A DNA stretch of 64,000 bases, taken from assembly GCA_963663195.1 (NCBI GenBank), contig OY760136.1, positions 1,982,300-2,046,299 of the forward strand. The letters run 5' to 3'. Position 1 is the stretch's first letter. Every line of letters starts with the position of its first letter. Under the pieces are notes generated by a model, which saw nothing but the letters and a program-made list of their open reading frames with translations, was not told where the DNA came from and ran no database searches. A program made the translations under genes and the position numbers. Origin of the DNA: Vicinamibacterales bacterium (GTDB taxonomy: Bacteria; Acidobacteriota; Vicinamibacteria; Vicinamibacterales; UBA8438). This document shows, in pieces, positions 30,149 to 40,872 of the stretch.

Positions 30149-31673
30149 CATCGACGCGGTCTTCAATCCTTCAGCGCAATTGCTGCTCGGGTTCTACTTC
30201 ACGCTCCTGATCTGCCTGAGCGCGTACGGCGCGCACCGCTGCTATCTGCTTTACCTTTATACAAGATATCGGGCGCCGGGAACGCCGTCCCGCGGCGCGC
30301 CGGAGGACCTGCCGTACGTCACCGTGCAGCTGCCGATCTACAACGAGCTGTACGTCGTCGAACGCCTCATCGACGCGGCGGCGCGCCTCGACTATCCGGC
30401 CGAGCGCCTGGAGATCCAGGTCCTGGATGACTCGACGGACGAGACCCGGCAGATCGCCGCGCGGGCCGTCGCCCGCTGGAGCGCAAGGGGGGTGACGATT
30501 CGCCGCCTGTCGCGCGTCGGGCGGGCGGGCTACAAGGCCGGCGCGCTGGCTGCCGGGCTGCGCTGCGCCCGCGGCGATGCAATCGCCATCTTCGACGCCG
30601 ATTTCCTGCCGTCCCGCGATTTCCTGCGGCGTGCAATCCCGGCGCTCGGCCAGCCGCGCGTCGGCATGGTCCAGGCGCGCTGGGGGCACGTGAACCGCGA
30701 CTACTCATGGCTGACGCGCGTTCAGGCCCTGCTGCTGGATGCGCACTTCGTCCTGGAGCACGGCGCGCGCCACCGCGCGGGCTGCTTTTTCAACTTCAAC
30801 GGCACGGCCGGCGTATGGCGCCGGCAGGCGATTGAGGATGCCGGCGGCTGGCAGGACGATACGCTCACGGAGGATCTCGACCTGAGCTACCGTGCGCAGC
30901 TTGCCGGCTGGCGCTTCGTGTTTCTGCCGGAACTGGTTGCACCCGCCGAGGTGCCGGTTGAAATGACGGCGTTCAAGCTGCAACAGCAACGCTGGGCGAC
31001 CGGCTCGATTCAGACCTGCCTGAAGGTGCTGCCGGACGTGCTGCGCAGCGGCATACGCCGGCGGCTCAAGCTGGAGGCGGTCTTTCACCTCACGGCCAAC
31101 CTCAACTACCCGCTGCTGCTGCTGGCGGCCGTTCTGATGGTGCCGGCGCTATTCGTGCGCGCGCCGGGCGGCGCGCCCAGCTTCGTGGCGTTCGACCTGC
31201 CGCTGTTCTGCGCGGCCGCGCTGTCGATGGTGAACTTCTATGCAGTCAGCCAGCGTGCCGTGCGGCGCGACTGGCTGTCACAGTTGAAGTGGGTTCCGCT
31301 GGCGATCGCGGTCGGTTTCGGCTTGTCCGTCAACAACACGCGCGCCGTGGTCGGCGCGCTGCGCGGCGGCCGGCCCGGTTTTCGGCGCACGGCGAAATAC
31401 GGCGTAGTGGATCGGAGCGACGAATGGCGGGCGAAACGGTACCGGCAGACGCGCGCCGGCCAGCCGCTCGTCGAGCTGGGGCTGGGGCTGTACTTCGCGT
31501 TTGCCGCGATTGGCGCGCTGGCGGCCGGCCTGTTCGCGGCCGTACCCGTGCTCTGCATCTTCCAGTGCAGTTTCCTTTACGTGGGCGGCGTTTCGCTGGC
31601 GCAGCAGCGCCGGGCCGGTGCCGGATTGTCGGTGTATAGTCTGCTCCACATGACCCGCCCGCGGACTTCCTGA
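30138..31673 (+). CDS. Membrane-bound family-2 glycosyltransferase (processive, cellulose/MGlcDG-synthase-like)
   Basis: DDSTDET, FDADF, TEDLDLSYR and QQQRW (QxxRW) motifs, with N- and C-terminal TM segments. ATG 30138 lies inside the repeat end, and an in-frame TTG 42 nt downstream is an alternative start. Confidence 0.85.
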   Translation: MQASIDAVFNPSAQLLLGFYFTLLICLSAYGAHRCYLLYLYTRYRAPGTPSRGAPEDLPYVTVQLPIYNELYVVERLIDAAARLDYPAERLEIQVLDDSTDETRQIAARAVARWSARGVTIRRLSRVGRAGYKAGALAAGLRCARGDAIAIFDADFLPSRDFLRRAIPALGQPRVGMVQARWGHVNRDYSWLTRVQALLLDAHFVLEHGARHRAGCFFNFNGTAGVWRRQAIEDAGGWQDDTLTEDLDLSYRAQLAGWRFVFLPELVAPAEVPVEMTAFKLQQQRWATGSIQTCLKVLPDVLRSGIRRRLKLEAVFHLTANLNYPLLLLAAVLMVPALFVRAPGGAPSFVAFDLPLFCAAALSMVNFYAVSQRAVRRDWLSQLKWVPLAIAVGFGLSVNNTRAVVGALRGGRPGFRRTAKYGVVDRSDEWRAKRYRQTRAGQPLVELGLGLYFAFAAIGALAAGLFAAVPVLCIFQCSFLYVGGVSLAQQRRAGAGLSVYSLLHMTRPRTS

Positions 31674-32824
31674 TGACTGCGCCTGCTGCCCCGGCCAAGG
31701 CGGGCCTCGAAGGGGTCGTCGCAACCTCGTCCGGCATCTGCTATCTCGACGGCGCCCGCGGTGTACTCGCCTACGCCGGCTATGACATCCACGATCTGGC
31801 CGAGCACGCCACTTTCGAGGAGGTATGCCACCTGCTGTGGCACAAGCGGCTGCCGACGCGCGCCGAGCTCGGGGACCTGCAGTCCCAGCTGGCCGGCGCC
31901 AGGGCGCTCGACGAGCCGGTGCAGCGCCTGATCCGGCTGCTGCCGCCCGGCGACGCCATGGATGCGCTGCGTACGCTCACGTCGGCGCTGGCGCACTACG
32001 ACCCGGACGCCGGCGACGGCTCGCCGCAGGCCCGCTTGCGCACGGCCGTGCGCCTGACGGCCCAGCTTGGCAGCGTCGTGGCGGCCTGGGGCCGCGTCGC
32101 GGCCGGCAAGCGCCCGGTCGATCCCGATCCAACCCTGGGACATGCCGCGAACTTTCTGCTGATGCTGACCGGTGAAAGGCCCAGCGCCGTCGCCGCGCGC
32201 GCCTTCGACATCGCGTTGATCCTGCACGCCGATCACGAGCTGAACGCATCGACGTTCGCCGCGCGCGTCACGGCCGCCACGCTGAGCGACATCCACTCGG
32301 CCGTGGTCGCCGGCATCGGCGCGCTCAAGGGGCCGCTGCACGGAGGCGCAAATGCGGCGGTGATGAAGATGCTCGCCGAGATTGGCGAGGACGCGGACGA
32401 TCAGCGGGTGGACCGCGTGCTCCGTGACATGCTGGCCCGCAAGGTGAAAGTGCCGGGGTTCGGGCATCGCGTCTACCGCACCGAGGATCCGCGCGCCACG
32501 CACCTGCGCCGGATGTCGCGCGAGCTGGGCGAACGCGCCAGCCGCACACGATGGTACGAGATGTCGCGGCGCATCGAGGCGACGATGAAGGAGGAGCGGC
32601 AGATAAACGCGAACGTCGATTTCTATTCGGCCTCCACCTACTCGCTCCTCGGTATTCCGGTCGAGCTGTTCACACCGGTGTTCGCCGTCAGCCGCGTCTC
32701 GGGCTGGACCGCGCACGTTCTGGAGCAGTACGCCAACAACCGCCTCATCCGGCCGCGCGCCGAGTACGACGGTCCGCCGTATCCCCAGACATTCGTCCCG
32801 CTGGCGGGCCGGTTACCGTCTTGA
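31673..32824 (+). CDS. gltA: Citrate synthase (small, type I/2-methylcitrate synthase-like)
   Basis: [17 protein letters not shown] and the signature [14 protein letters not shown]. The ATG overlaps the GT2 stop (TGATG). Confidence 0.9.
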   Translation: MTAPAAPAKAGLEGVVATSSGICYLDGARGVLAYAGYDIHDLAEHATFEEVCHLLWHKRLPTRAELGDLQSQLAGARALDEPVQRLIRLLPPGDAMDALRTLTSALAHYDPDAGDGSPQARLRTAVRLTAQLGSVVAAWGRVAAGKRPVDPDPTLGHAANFLLMLTGERPSAVAARAFDIALILHADHELNASTFAARVTAATLSDIHSAVVAGIGALKGPLHGGANAAVMKMLAEIGEDADDQRVDRVLRDMLARKVKVPGFGHRVYRTEDPRATHLRRMSRELGERASRTRWYEMSRRIEATMKEERQINANVDFYSASTYSLLGIPVELFTPVFAVSRVSGWTAHVLEQYANNRLIRPRAEYDGPPYPQTFVPLAGRLPS

Positions 32825-34641
32825 TGGACCACCTTCGCATCCGCAATTTCTCCGTCATCGCCCATATCGATCACGGCAAGTCGACGCTCGCCGACCGCTT
32901 TCTCGAGCTGACCGGAGCGTTGCGCCCGCGCGAGATGGAGGCGCAGGTGCTCGACAGCATGGACCTCGAGCGTGAGCGCGGCATCACGATCAAGGCCCAC
33001 TCGGTACGTCTGTCCTACACGGCCGAGAACGGCGAGTCGTACATCCTGAACCTGATCGATACACCGGGCCACGTCGATTTCTCGTACGAGGTCGCCCGCT
33101 CGCTCGCGGCGTGCGAGGGCGCCCTGCTGCTGGTGGATGCGTCCCAGGGCGTGGAGGCGCAGACGGTGGCGAACGCCTACCTGGCCGTCGACCATGACCT
33201 GGAGATCATCCCGGTCATCAACAAGATCGATCTCCCCGGCGCGCAGCCGGAGGTCACTGAGCGCGAGGTCGAGGAGCTGGTGGGGCTCGATCCGACAGTG
33301 GCGATTCGCGCGAGCGCCAAGGACGGGACGGGCGTGCGCGAGGTGCTGGAGGCCGTGGTGGCGCGCGTGCCGCCTCCGCGGGGCGCGCCCGACGCGCCGC
33401 TGAAGGCGCTGATTTTCGATTCTTGGTACGACGCGTACCGCGGCGTCGTCGTGCTCATCCGGGTCGTCGACGGCGCCATCCGGCCCGGGATGCGCGTGCG
33501 CCTGATGGCCCAGGGTCAGGAGTGCGAGATCGAGCAGGTGGGCGTATTCTCGCCGAAGCCGGTGGATACGGATGCGCTCGGCGTCGGCGAGGTCGGCTTC
33601 GTCATTGCCGGCATCAAGCGGGTCGAGGATGCGCGCATTGGCGACACGCTGACGGAGGCGGCGCGACCGACGCCCGTTCCGTTTCCCGGTTTCCGCGACC
33701 TCAAGCCGATGGTGTTCGCCGGTCTGTACCCGGTCGAGGGCCACCAGTACCCGGATCTGCGCGACGCCCTCGACAAGCTGCGGCTCAACGATGCGTCGCT
33801 CGTCTTCGAGCCGGAGACGTCCGCCGCGCTTGGGTTCGGCTTTCGTTGCGGCTTTCTCGGATTGCTGCACATGGAGATCGTGCAGGAGCGCCTGGAGCGC
33901 GAATTCGACATGGACCTCGTCACGACGGCGCCGGGCGTCCTCTATCGCGTGACGACGACCGACGGCGAGGTGACCGAGATCGACAGCCCGGCCAAGCTCC
34001 CGGATCCGGGCCGCATCGAGCGCGTGGAGGAGCCGGTCATAGACGCCGTGATCCTGGCGCCGGCCGACTGCGTCGGCGCGATCCTGAAGCTGTGCCAGGA
34101 GAAGCGCGGCGTCCAGAAGAACCTGGAGTACCACGGAACCCAGCGCGTGGTGATTTCCTATGAGCTGCCGTTCAACGAAGTGGTGCTCGACTTCTACGAC
34201 CGCCTGAAGACCGTGTCGCGCGGCTACGCGTCGCTCGACTATCATGTGGCGAAGTACTGGGAGTCGCCCCTGGTGCGGCTGGACCTGCTGGTCAACGGCG
34301 AGCCGGTGGACGCCCTGTCGATCATCGTGCACCGGGACATGGCGTACGTCCGGGGCCGCGCCCTTGCCGCCCGGATGCGGGCGTTGATTCCGCGCCAGAT
34401 GTTCGAGGTGGCCATTCAGGCGGCCATCGGGACGCGCGTCATCGCGCGCGAAACGGTTCACCCGCTGCGCAAGAACGTTCTGGCCAAGTGCTACGGGGGC
34501 GACATCACCCGCAAGCGAAAGTTGCTGGAGAAGCAGAAGGAAGGGAAGCGCCGCATGAAGCGGGTCGGCCGGGTCGAGATTCCGCAGGAGGCGTTTCTGG
34601 CGGTGCTCAGGATCGGGGACGATCCGGCAGGAAACAGCTGA
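32824..34641 (+). CDS. lepA: Elongation factor 4 (LepA)
   Basis: ATG 32824 overlaps the glt[34 protein letters not shown], and the LepA-specific C-terminal domain. Confidence 0.95.
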   Translation: MDHLRIRNFSVIAHIDHGKSTLADRFLELTGALRPREMEAQVLDSMDLERERGITIKAHSVRLSYTAENGESYILNLIDTPGHVDFSYEVARSLAACEGALLLVDASQGVEAQTVANAYLAVDHDLEIIPVINKIDLPGAQPEVTEREVEELVGLDPTVAIRASAKDGTGVREVLEAVVARVPPPRGAPDAPLKALIFDSWYDAYRGVVVLIRVVDGAIRPGMRVRLMAQGQECEIEQVGVFSPKPVDTDALGVGEVGFVIAGIKRVEDARIGDTLTEAARPTPVPFPGFRDLKPMVFAGLYPVEGHQYPDLRDALDKLRLNDASLVFEPETSAALGFGFRCGFLGLLHMEIVQERLEREFDMDLVTTAPGVLYRVTTTDGEVTEIDSPAKLPDPGRIERVEEPVIDAVILAPADCVGAILKLCQEKRGVQKNLEYHGTQRVVISYELPFNEVVLDFYDRLKTVSRGYASLDYHVAKYWESPLVRLDLLVNGEPVDALSIIVHRDMAYVRGRALAARMRALIPRQMFEVAIQAAIGTRVIARETVHPLRKNVLAKCYGGDITRKRKLLEKQKEGKRRMKRVGRVEIPQEAFLAVLRIGDDPAGNS

Positions 34642-34643
34642 TC

Positions 34644-35330
34644 ATGTCACTACCGGCGCGCAAGTCGACCGCCCGCGAGTACTTCGAGTCGATCGTCATC
34701 GCCGTGATTCTGGCGCTCTTCATCCGCACATGGGTGGTGCAGGCGTTCAAGATCCCGACCGGATCCATGGAGCAGAACTTGTTGATCGGGGATCACCTCC
34801 TGGTCAACAAGTTCGTGTTCGGTCCGGCCCGGGGCGGGATGGAGGAACAGCTGCTGCCGGTAGGCCGGGTCGAGCGCGGCGACATCCTGGTTTTCAAGTT
34901 CCCCGAAGACCCGGAGCGTGACTTCATCAAGCGCGTCATCGGCCTCCCGGGCGAGACGCTCGAAGTGCGGCGCAAGCAGGTGTACATCGACGGGCAGCCG
35001 CTCGACGAACCGTATCTGCAACCCGAGGCGACGGCGTTGCGCACCGGCGCGGCGCCGGTTGACGGCCGCGACAACTACGGTCCGATAGCCATTCCCGACG
35101 GCCACTACTTCATGATGGGCGACAATCGCGACAACTCGCAGGACAGCCGCTACTGGGGTCCGTTGCCGCACGGCCATCTGAAGGGGAAGGCGATGATGAT
35201 CTACTGGTCGTACGATGCGCGCCCTGCGGTGATTGCCGGCGGCGAGTCGGGAATTCGCCGCTTTGCATCGGTGGTCGGACGCTTCTTCACCGGTACCCGC
35301 TGGGAACGGATGTTCCGCCAGGTTGATTGA
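34644..35330 (+). CDS. lepB: Signal peptidase I (LepB)
   Basis: ATG 34644. TM segment, IPTGSMEQNL (catalytic Ser), KRVIGLPGE (Lys), GDNRDNSQDSRYWG. Confidence 0.92.
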   Translation: MSLPARKSTAREYFESIVIAVILALFIRTWVVQAFKIPTGSMEQNLLIGDHLLVNKFVFGPARGGMEEQLLPVGRVERGDILVFKFPEDPERDFIKRVIGLPGETLEVRRKQVYIDGQPLDEPYLQPEATALRTGAAPVDGRDNYGPIAIPDGHYFMMGDNRDNSQDSRYWGPLPHGHLKGKAMMIYWSYDARPAVIAGGESGIRRFASVVGRFFTGTRWERMFRQVD

Positions 35331-35343
35331 CCCGGGCGGTCGG

Positions 35344-36081
35344 CTACGTTGCCGCCGGGCGCGGAGCGCGACGGCCGAAGATCGCGGTCCCGACCCGCAC
35401 AATCGTGGCGCCTTCCTCGACGGCCACGTCGAAGTCGTGGCTCATCCCCATCGATAGGTCGCGCAGGTATGCGGGTCGCACGCCCGCATCGACAAGCTGG
35501 TCGCGGAGCTCCCGCAGCCGCCGGAACCAGGGCCGCGCCTGCTCCGGATCGTCAGACCAGGGCGGCAACACCATCAAACCGCGAACGTCGACGGCGTCGC
35601 AAGCGGTCGCGGCGTCGAGGATTTCGCGGACCGCCGCCGCGGGCGCGCCATGCTTGGTGCGCTCGGCCGCCAGGTCGACCTGCACCAGCAGGTGCGGCGT
35701 GGCCTGCTCCGCGGCGGCCGCGTGGTCGAGTCGTCGCAGCAGCCCGGCGCTGTCCACGGATTGGATCCAGGCCATGGCCGCCGCCGCGCGGCGCGCCTTG
35801 TTCGACTGCAGATGCCCGACCAGATGCCACGTAATCCCGCGGAGGTCGGCCGTGTCGGCGATCTTGTCGAGCGCTTCCTGCACCCGGTTCTCGCCCAGGT
35901 CGGTCAACCCGGCCGCCGCCGCCGCACGCACGTGGCTCGCGGGAAACGTCTTGGAAACGCCCACCAGGCGGATGGCGCCCGGGTCGCGCCCGGCGCGTTC
36001 GCAGGCGCGCGCCAGGCGTTCCCTGACGCTGCGGAGATTGCGAGCAATCGCTTCTTCAAGCTGGCCGGCGGATCCGCTCAT
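35344..36081 (-). CDS. yggS: PLP homeostasis protein, YggS/PROSC family
   Basis: LVGVSKTFPASHV (PLP Lys), GENRVQEAL, HLVGHLQSNK. Confidence 0.9.
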   Translation of the reverse strand: MSGSAGQLEEAIARNLRSVRERLARACERAGRDPGAIRLVGVSKTFPASHVRAAAAAGLTDLGENRVQEALDKIADTADLRGITWHLVGHLQSNKARRAAAAMAWIQSVDSAGLLRRLDHAAAAEQATPHLLVQVDLAAERTKHGAPAAAVREILDAATACDAVDVRGLMVLPPWSDDPEQARPWFRRLRELRDQLVDAGVRPAYLRDLSMGMSHDFDVAVEEGATIVRVGTAIFGRRAPRPAAT

Positions 36082-36084
36082 CGT

Positions 36085-36344
36085 CTAGCAGCCTGTGGTG
36101 AAACCCCGCGTCGCACCGAGACCCGCCCGTATCAATGCCGCGTCTGGCCGGTACAAGGCGCGAGGAGCGAGCATATTCAGCATATGTCACCGAGGAACAA
36201 GCCGCGCACGGCGCGGCCCGGCATGTGCGGCGCGGGGCGCCGGGGTCCCCGCTAGCGCTTGCCGGGGGATTGGGGCGCAGCCCCATCTAACGGATGCCGC
36301 ATCGTCGGTCGAATGCAGCGGGGCTCTTGCCACCGGCTGCTCGG
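36085..36344. mobile_element. MITE-like element, family 1, full length, inverted relative to 3834-4000, carrying nested cassette A
   Basis: Ends CTAGCAGCCTGTGGTGAAACCCCGC and GCGGGGCTCTTGCCACCGGCTGCTCGG. The reverse complement aligns with 3834-4000 end to end, apart from an extra segment of about 90 bp. It fills the whole spacer between the TPR gene stop (36345) and the yggS ATG (36081). Confidence 0.75.
36201..36290 (-). repeat. Cassette A (GC-rich nested module), divergent copy
   Basis: The reverse complement reads TTAGATGGGGCTGCGCCCCAATCCCCCGGCAAGCGCTAGCGGGGACCCCGGCGCCCC...GGGCCGCGCCGTGCGCGGC, matching 40623-40708 and 51877-51966. Confidence 0.7.
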
Positions 36345-37316
36345 TCAGCGGTTCAGATCCGCCAGCGCGGCGCGCGCTTGCGCCGCGTGCTCGCCGTCGC
36401 CATCCAGCTCCAGGTAGCGCTGGAACAGGGTCGCCGCGCGGTCGGGCGCGTCGACTCCCAACAGGGCCACGCCGAGCCAGTAGTGGGTCGGCGCAAAGCT
36501 CGAGTCCCGATTCAGGAGCGTCTCGAGTGCGGCCAACGCTCCCGCCGTATCGCCGGCGTCCAGCCGCGCGACACTCTGTTGCAGGGTTTCCTCGAGCCGC
36601 CGACGCCGATCCGCCAGCCGCTCGCGCGCCAGCCGCGTGGCTTCGTCGCGGGCTGTCCGGGCGTCGGCCGTACGGCCCTGGCGCGTATAGATGCTGGCCA
36701 GACCGTAGTAGGCTGCCGAGTAGTCGGGGGTCAGCTCCACGACCTGCCTGAACGCCGTCTCGGCGTCCGCCAGACGATCGAGCTCCGCATAGGCGATGGC
36801 CAGGTTGTAGTGGCATGCCGAGCAGTCCGGCGTCCGCGCGATTGACCGTATGAATTGCTCGACGGCCGTGGCGTGGTCTGCGGCGCGGCTGGCGCGCACG
36901 CCGGCCGCGAAAGCCCGCGACGCCGCCTCGCGGTCGCCCAGCTCGGCGATCCACGCCGCGTCGCGTCGCCCGGCGGCGAGCTCGACGTTCACCCGCACCG
37001 TGCGGCCGGCGCGAATGCGGACCCGGAACATGTCGCCGCTCAGATCATCCTTGCCGGCGGTGACGGTATACAGCCCGGAGGGGATGCTCCCGCGCGAAAA
37101 GGTCCCGTCGTCCGCCGTCTCCACGGTAACGGCTGCGCCGTCGCCTGCGAGCGGGCGTATCGATACCTGCGCGGCCGCCACGGGGAGGCGCTGTTCGTCC
37201 ATGACGCGTCCGCGCAGCGTGCCCGCGTCCTGCGCCGTCAACAATACGGAGGTTGCACCGCACAGCGCCGCGGCCCAGATCCACCGCGTCCCGCGGAAGA
37301 CACGAGCAACTTGCAT
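36345..37316 (-). CDS. Secreted protein with carboxypeptidase-regulatory-like domain and TPR repeats
   Basis: Signal peptide WIWAAALCGATSVLLTAQDA. GTLRGRVMDEQRLPVAAAQVSI...DGTFSRGSIPSGLYTVTA (CarboxypepD_reg-like). Then TPR-like helices (CHYNLAIAYAELDRLADAETAFRQVVEL, AAYYGLASIY). Confidence 0.75.
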   Translation of the reverse strand: MQVARVFRGTRWIWAAALCGATSVLLTAQDAGTLRGRVMDEQRLPVAAAQVSIRPLAGDGAAVTVETADDGTFSRGSIPSGLYTVTAGKDDLSGDMFRVRIRAGRTVRVNVELAAGRRDAAWIAELGDREAASRAFAAGVRASRAADHATAVEQFIRSIARTPDCSACHYNLAIAYAELDRLADAETAFRQVVELTPDYSAAYYGLASIYTRQGRTADARTARDEATRLARERLADRRRRLEETLQQSVARLDAGDTAGALAALETLLNRDSSFAPTHYWLGVALLGVDAPDRAATLFQRYLELDGDGEHAAQARAALADLNR

Positions 37317-37328
37317 TCCGCACCCAGT

Positions 37329-39302
37329 CTACACTTGGCCGTCGGCGTCGCTGTCCGCTTCGAAGAACCGCCGCACGTCGTCGATTTCGTGTGTGACCGG
37401 CGCGGGCGGCAAGCTGGCCAGGAACCGCCGCCCGTAACCGCGGTTGCGCACCCGCGCGTCGAACAGCGCCAGCACGCCGCGGTCGCTGCGGTGCCGGAGC
37501 AGACGCCCGAACCCCTGCAACAGCGTCAGGATGGCGAGCGGCACCTGGTAGTCCGCAAACGGGTTGCCGCCGGACGCCTCTATAGCTTCGATACGGGCCG
37601 CCGTGACCGGATCGCCCGGCGATGCGAACGGCAGCTTGTCAATCACGACGCAACTCAGCGCTTCCCCCGCCACGTCCACGCCCTGCCAGAAGCTGGCGGT
37701 GGCCAGCAGCACCGCCTGCGGCGTCGAACGGAACTCGCGCAGCAGCACCGACCGCGGCGCCGATCCCTGGACCAGCAGCGGATACGGCAGCGCGGGATCG
37801 AGCTGCCGCTGCACGGCCCGCAGGTTGGCGTAGCTGGTGAACAGAACAAAGGCGCGCCCGCGGGTGGCGTGCAGGAGCTCCTCGAGCTTATCCGCCATGG
37901 CGCCGGCGAAGCGCGCGCTGCGCGGGTCCGGCATACCCGGCGGGAGAAACAGTACCGCCTGCTCCTTGAAGTCGAATTCCGGTGGCAACCGCATCTCGAG
38001 CGCGTCCGTTATGCCGAGCCGGCCTCGGACATAGTCGAAGGTGTCGTCGACGGCCAGCGTCGCGGACGTCAGGACGGTACCCTCCGCGCGATCGATCAGC
38101 AAGGTCCGCACGATGTCCGATACATCGATCGGGGCGGCGCGCAGGAACACGCCGTTGCCGCGGCGCTCGAGGAAATAGACGAAGCCGGCTTCGTCGGCGG
38201 TGAGCAGGAAACGGATCTGGTCGCGCAGCTCTACCGAGCGCCGCGCCAATGCCGCCAGCTCTTCCGGTGCGTCCGCCAGTCCCGAGAGGCCGTGCTCCAG
38301 GCCGGCGAGACTCTCCGCCAGGCCGGCCGCCGGTGCGGCCGCCGCCGCCAGTTGCTCGGCGTTCACGCGAATGCGGTCGCCGTCGAGGACAAGGCCCTTG
38401 AGCGCCTCCACGAAAATCTGGGCTCGGTAGTGGACATCGTCGAGAGAGCGGCGCGCTTCGCTTTCCTGGCCGGTCGCGAGGCCGTCCGGCGCCAGCATCC
38501 GGCGTCCGTCCCGCACCAGGTCTTCAAGCCGATAGTTGCTGACATTGATGCCGAAGTACTGGGTGGCGACGTTTTCGAGCTGGTGCGCTTCATCGATCAC
38601 CGTGAAGGCGCACGAAGGTATGACCTCGCCGTACGCGCCCTGGCGCACCGCCGCGTCGGCGCACAGCAGGTGGTGGTTCACGATGACCAGATCGGATTCC
38701 AGTGCTTGCCGGCGCATGCGCGTGACGAAGCAGTCGTCAAAGCGCGGGCAATCCGATCCGATGCAGTTCTCCGACGATGCGGAGATATCGTTCCAGAGCG
38801 GATAGTCGTCCGGCAGGTCTTCCACCTCCGCCCGGTCGCCTGTTTCGGTCTGGTCCGACCACTCCCGCAACGCGTCGAGGTAGGCGCTGTCGGCCCGGCT
38901 GCGCGGCTCATCGCTCTCCAGCAGGTTCTCGAAGCGCTGGAGGCAGAGGTAGTTGCCGCGGCCCTTCATGTAGGCTGCCGTGAACGGCACGCCCAGCGCG
39001 TCGCGCAATGCCGGCAGGTCCTTGTAGTAGATCTGATCCTGGAGGTTGCGGGTACCGGTGGATACCAGCACGCGGCGACCGCTGAGGATGGCCGGCACCA
39101 GGTAGGCTAGCGTCTTGCCGGTGCCGGTGCCCGCTTCCGCGAGCAGCACGCCGCCGGCGGCGAAGATGTCTCCGACCGCCTCCGCCATTGCGCGCTGGCT
39201 GGGGCGCGGCTCGAAAGCGGGCAGCGTGGCGGCCAACGCACCGCCGTCGGCGAACGCCGCGGTTACGCGCACGCCGAGCGTCTCGCCTGCGGTCTTGCTC
39301 AC
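37329..39302 (-). CDS. dinG: ATP-dependent DNA helicase, DinG/XPD (Rad3) family with Fe-S cluster
   Basis: GTG 39302 is the first start downstream of the glyA stop. AEAGTGTGKT (motif I), VIDEAHQLE (DEAH), and the Cys cluster CLQRF...CIGSDCPRFDDCF. The N-terminal 187 aa of ORF 37329-39863 overlap glyA and are rejected. Confidence 0.85.
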   Translation of the reverse strand: MSKTAGETLGVRVTAAFADGGALAATLPAFEPRPSQRAMAEAVGDIFAAGGVLLAEAGTGTGKTLAYLVPAILSGRRVLVSTGTRNLQDQIYYKDLPALRDALGVPFTAAYMKGRGNYLCLQRFENLLESDEPRSRADSAYLDALREWSDQTETGDRAEVEDLPDDYPLWNDISASSENCIGSDCPRFDDCFVTRMRRQALESDLVIVNHHLLCADAAVRQGAYGEVIPSCAFTVIDEAHQLENVATQYFGINVSNYRLEDLVRDGRRMLAPDGLATGQESEARRSLDDVHYRAQIFVEALKGLVLDGDRIRVNAEQLAAAAAPAAGLAESLAGLEHGLSGLADAPEELAALARRSVELRDQIRFLLTADEAGFVYFLERRGNGVFLRAAPIDVSDIVRTLLIDRAEGTVLTSATLAVDDTFDYVRGRLGITDALEMRLPPEFDFKEQAVLFLPPGMPDPRSARFAGAMADKLEELLHATRGRAFVLFTSYANLRAVQRQLDPALPYPLLVQGSAPRSVLLREFRSTPQAVLLATASFWQGVDVAGEALSCVVIDKLPFASPGDPVTAARIEAIEASGGNPFADYQVPLAILTLLQGFGRLLRHRSDRGVLALFDARVRNRGYGRRFLASLPPAPVTHEIDDVRRFFEADSDADGQV

Positions 39303-39334
39303 ATCGGTTCCGGCCGGCTGCCCCCGGCGGGCGG

Positions 39335-40609
<1,275 letters not shown>

Positions 40610-40619
40610 TTTTTTTTTA

Positions 40620-40872
40620 CTCGGGGCTGCGCCCCGAACCCCCGCCGGCCACTCGCGGGGACCCCATTGCCCCACTCCGTCGCCGGCGGGCCGCGCCGTG
40701 CGCGGCTTGGGGACGGCTACTTCCATGCTCGCCGTCCCCTCCGTATTCCACCTTCAGGTGGAGCTGCGTTGCTCGTCGCTCACCTATCGGGAACATGCTC
40801 GCTCTTCGTGTATTGTTCGTCGGGCGCCTCGCCGGTCTCGGTGCGTCGCTGGGTTTCACTACTGACTACTGG
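40620..40872 (+). repeat. Composite repeat: cassette A (40623-40708) + 8-bp-stem hairpin module + right half of family 1 (40761-40872)
   Basis: GGGGCTGCGCCCCGAACCCCCGCCGGCCACTCGCGGGGACCCC...GCGCGGC; GGGGACGG-N15-CCGTCCCC; then GAGCTGCGTTGCTCGTCGCTCAC...GGGCGCCTCGCCGGTCTCGGTGCGTCGCTGGGTTTCAC, which aligns with 3889-3986. Confidence 0.75.

Noticed and set aside
36201-36290. Cassette A as a protein-coding module. Similar peptides ([28 protein letters not shown] and GCAPIPRQALAGTPAPRAAHAGPRRARL) appear in several track ORFs.
   Set aside because: The peptide similarity simply follows the nucleotide similarity. The copies sit in different, unrelated host ORF contexts and orientations. There are no start or RBS signals, and the substitutions show no synonymous bias that I can see.
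40610-40640. T10 run plus the adjacent CGGGGC-TGC-GCCCCG hairpin as a rho-independent terminator.
   Set aside because: On the plus strand the T tract precedes the hairpin. On the minus strand the hairpin is followed by A10, not U. The geometry is therefore wrong for termination in either direction, and it lies at the glyA start.
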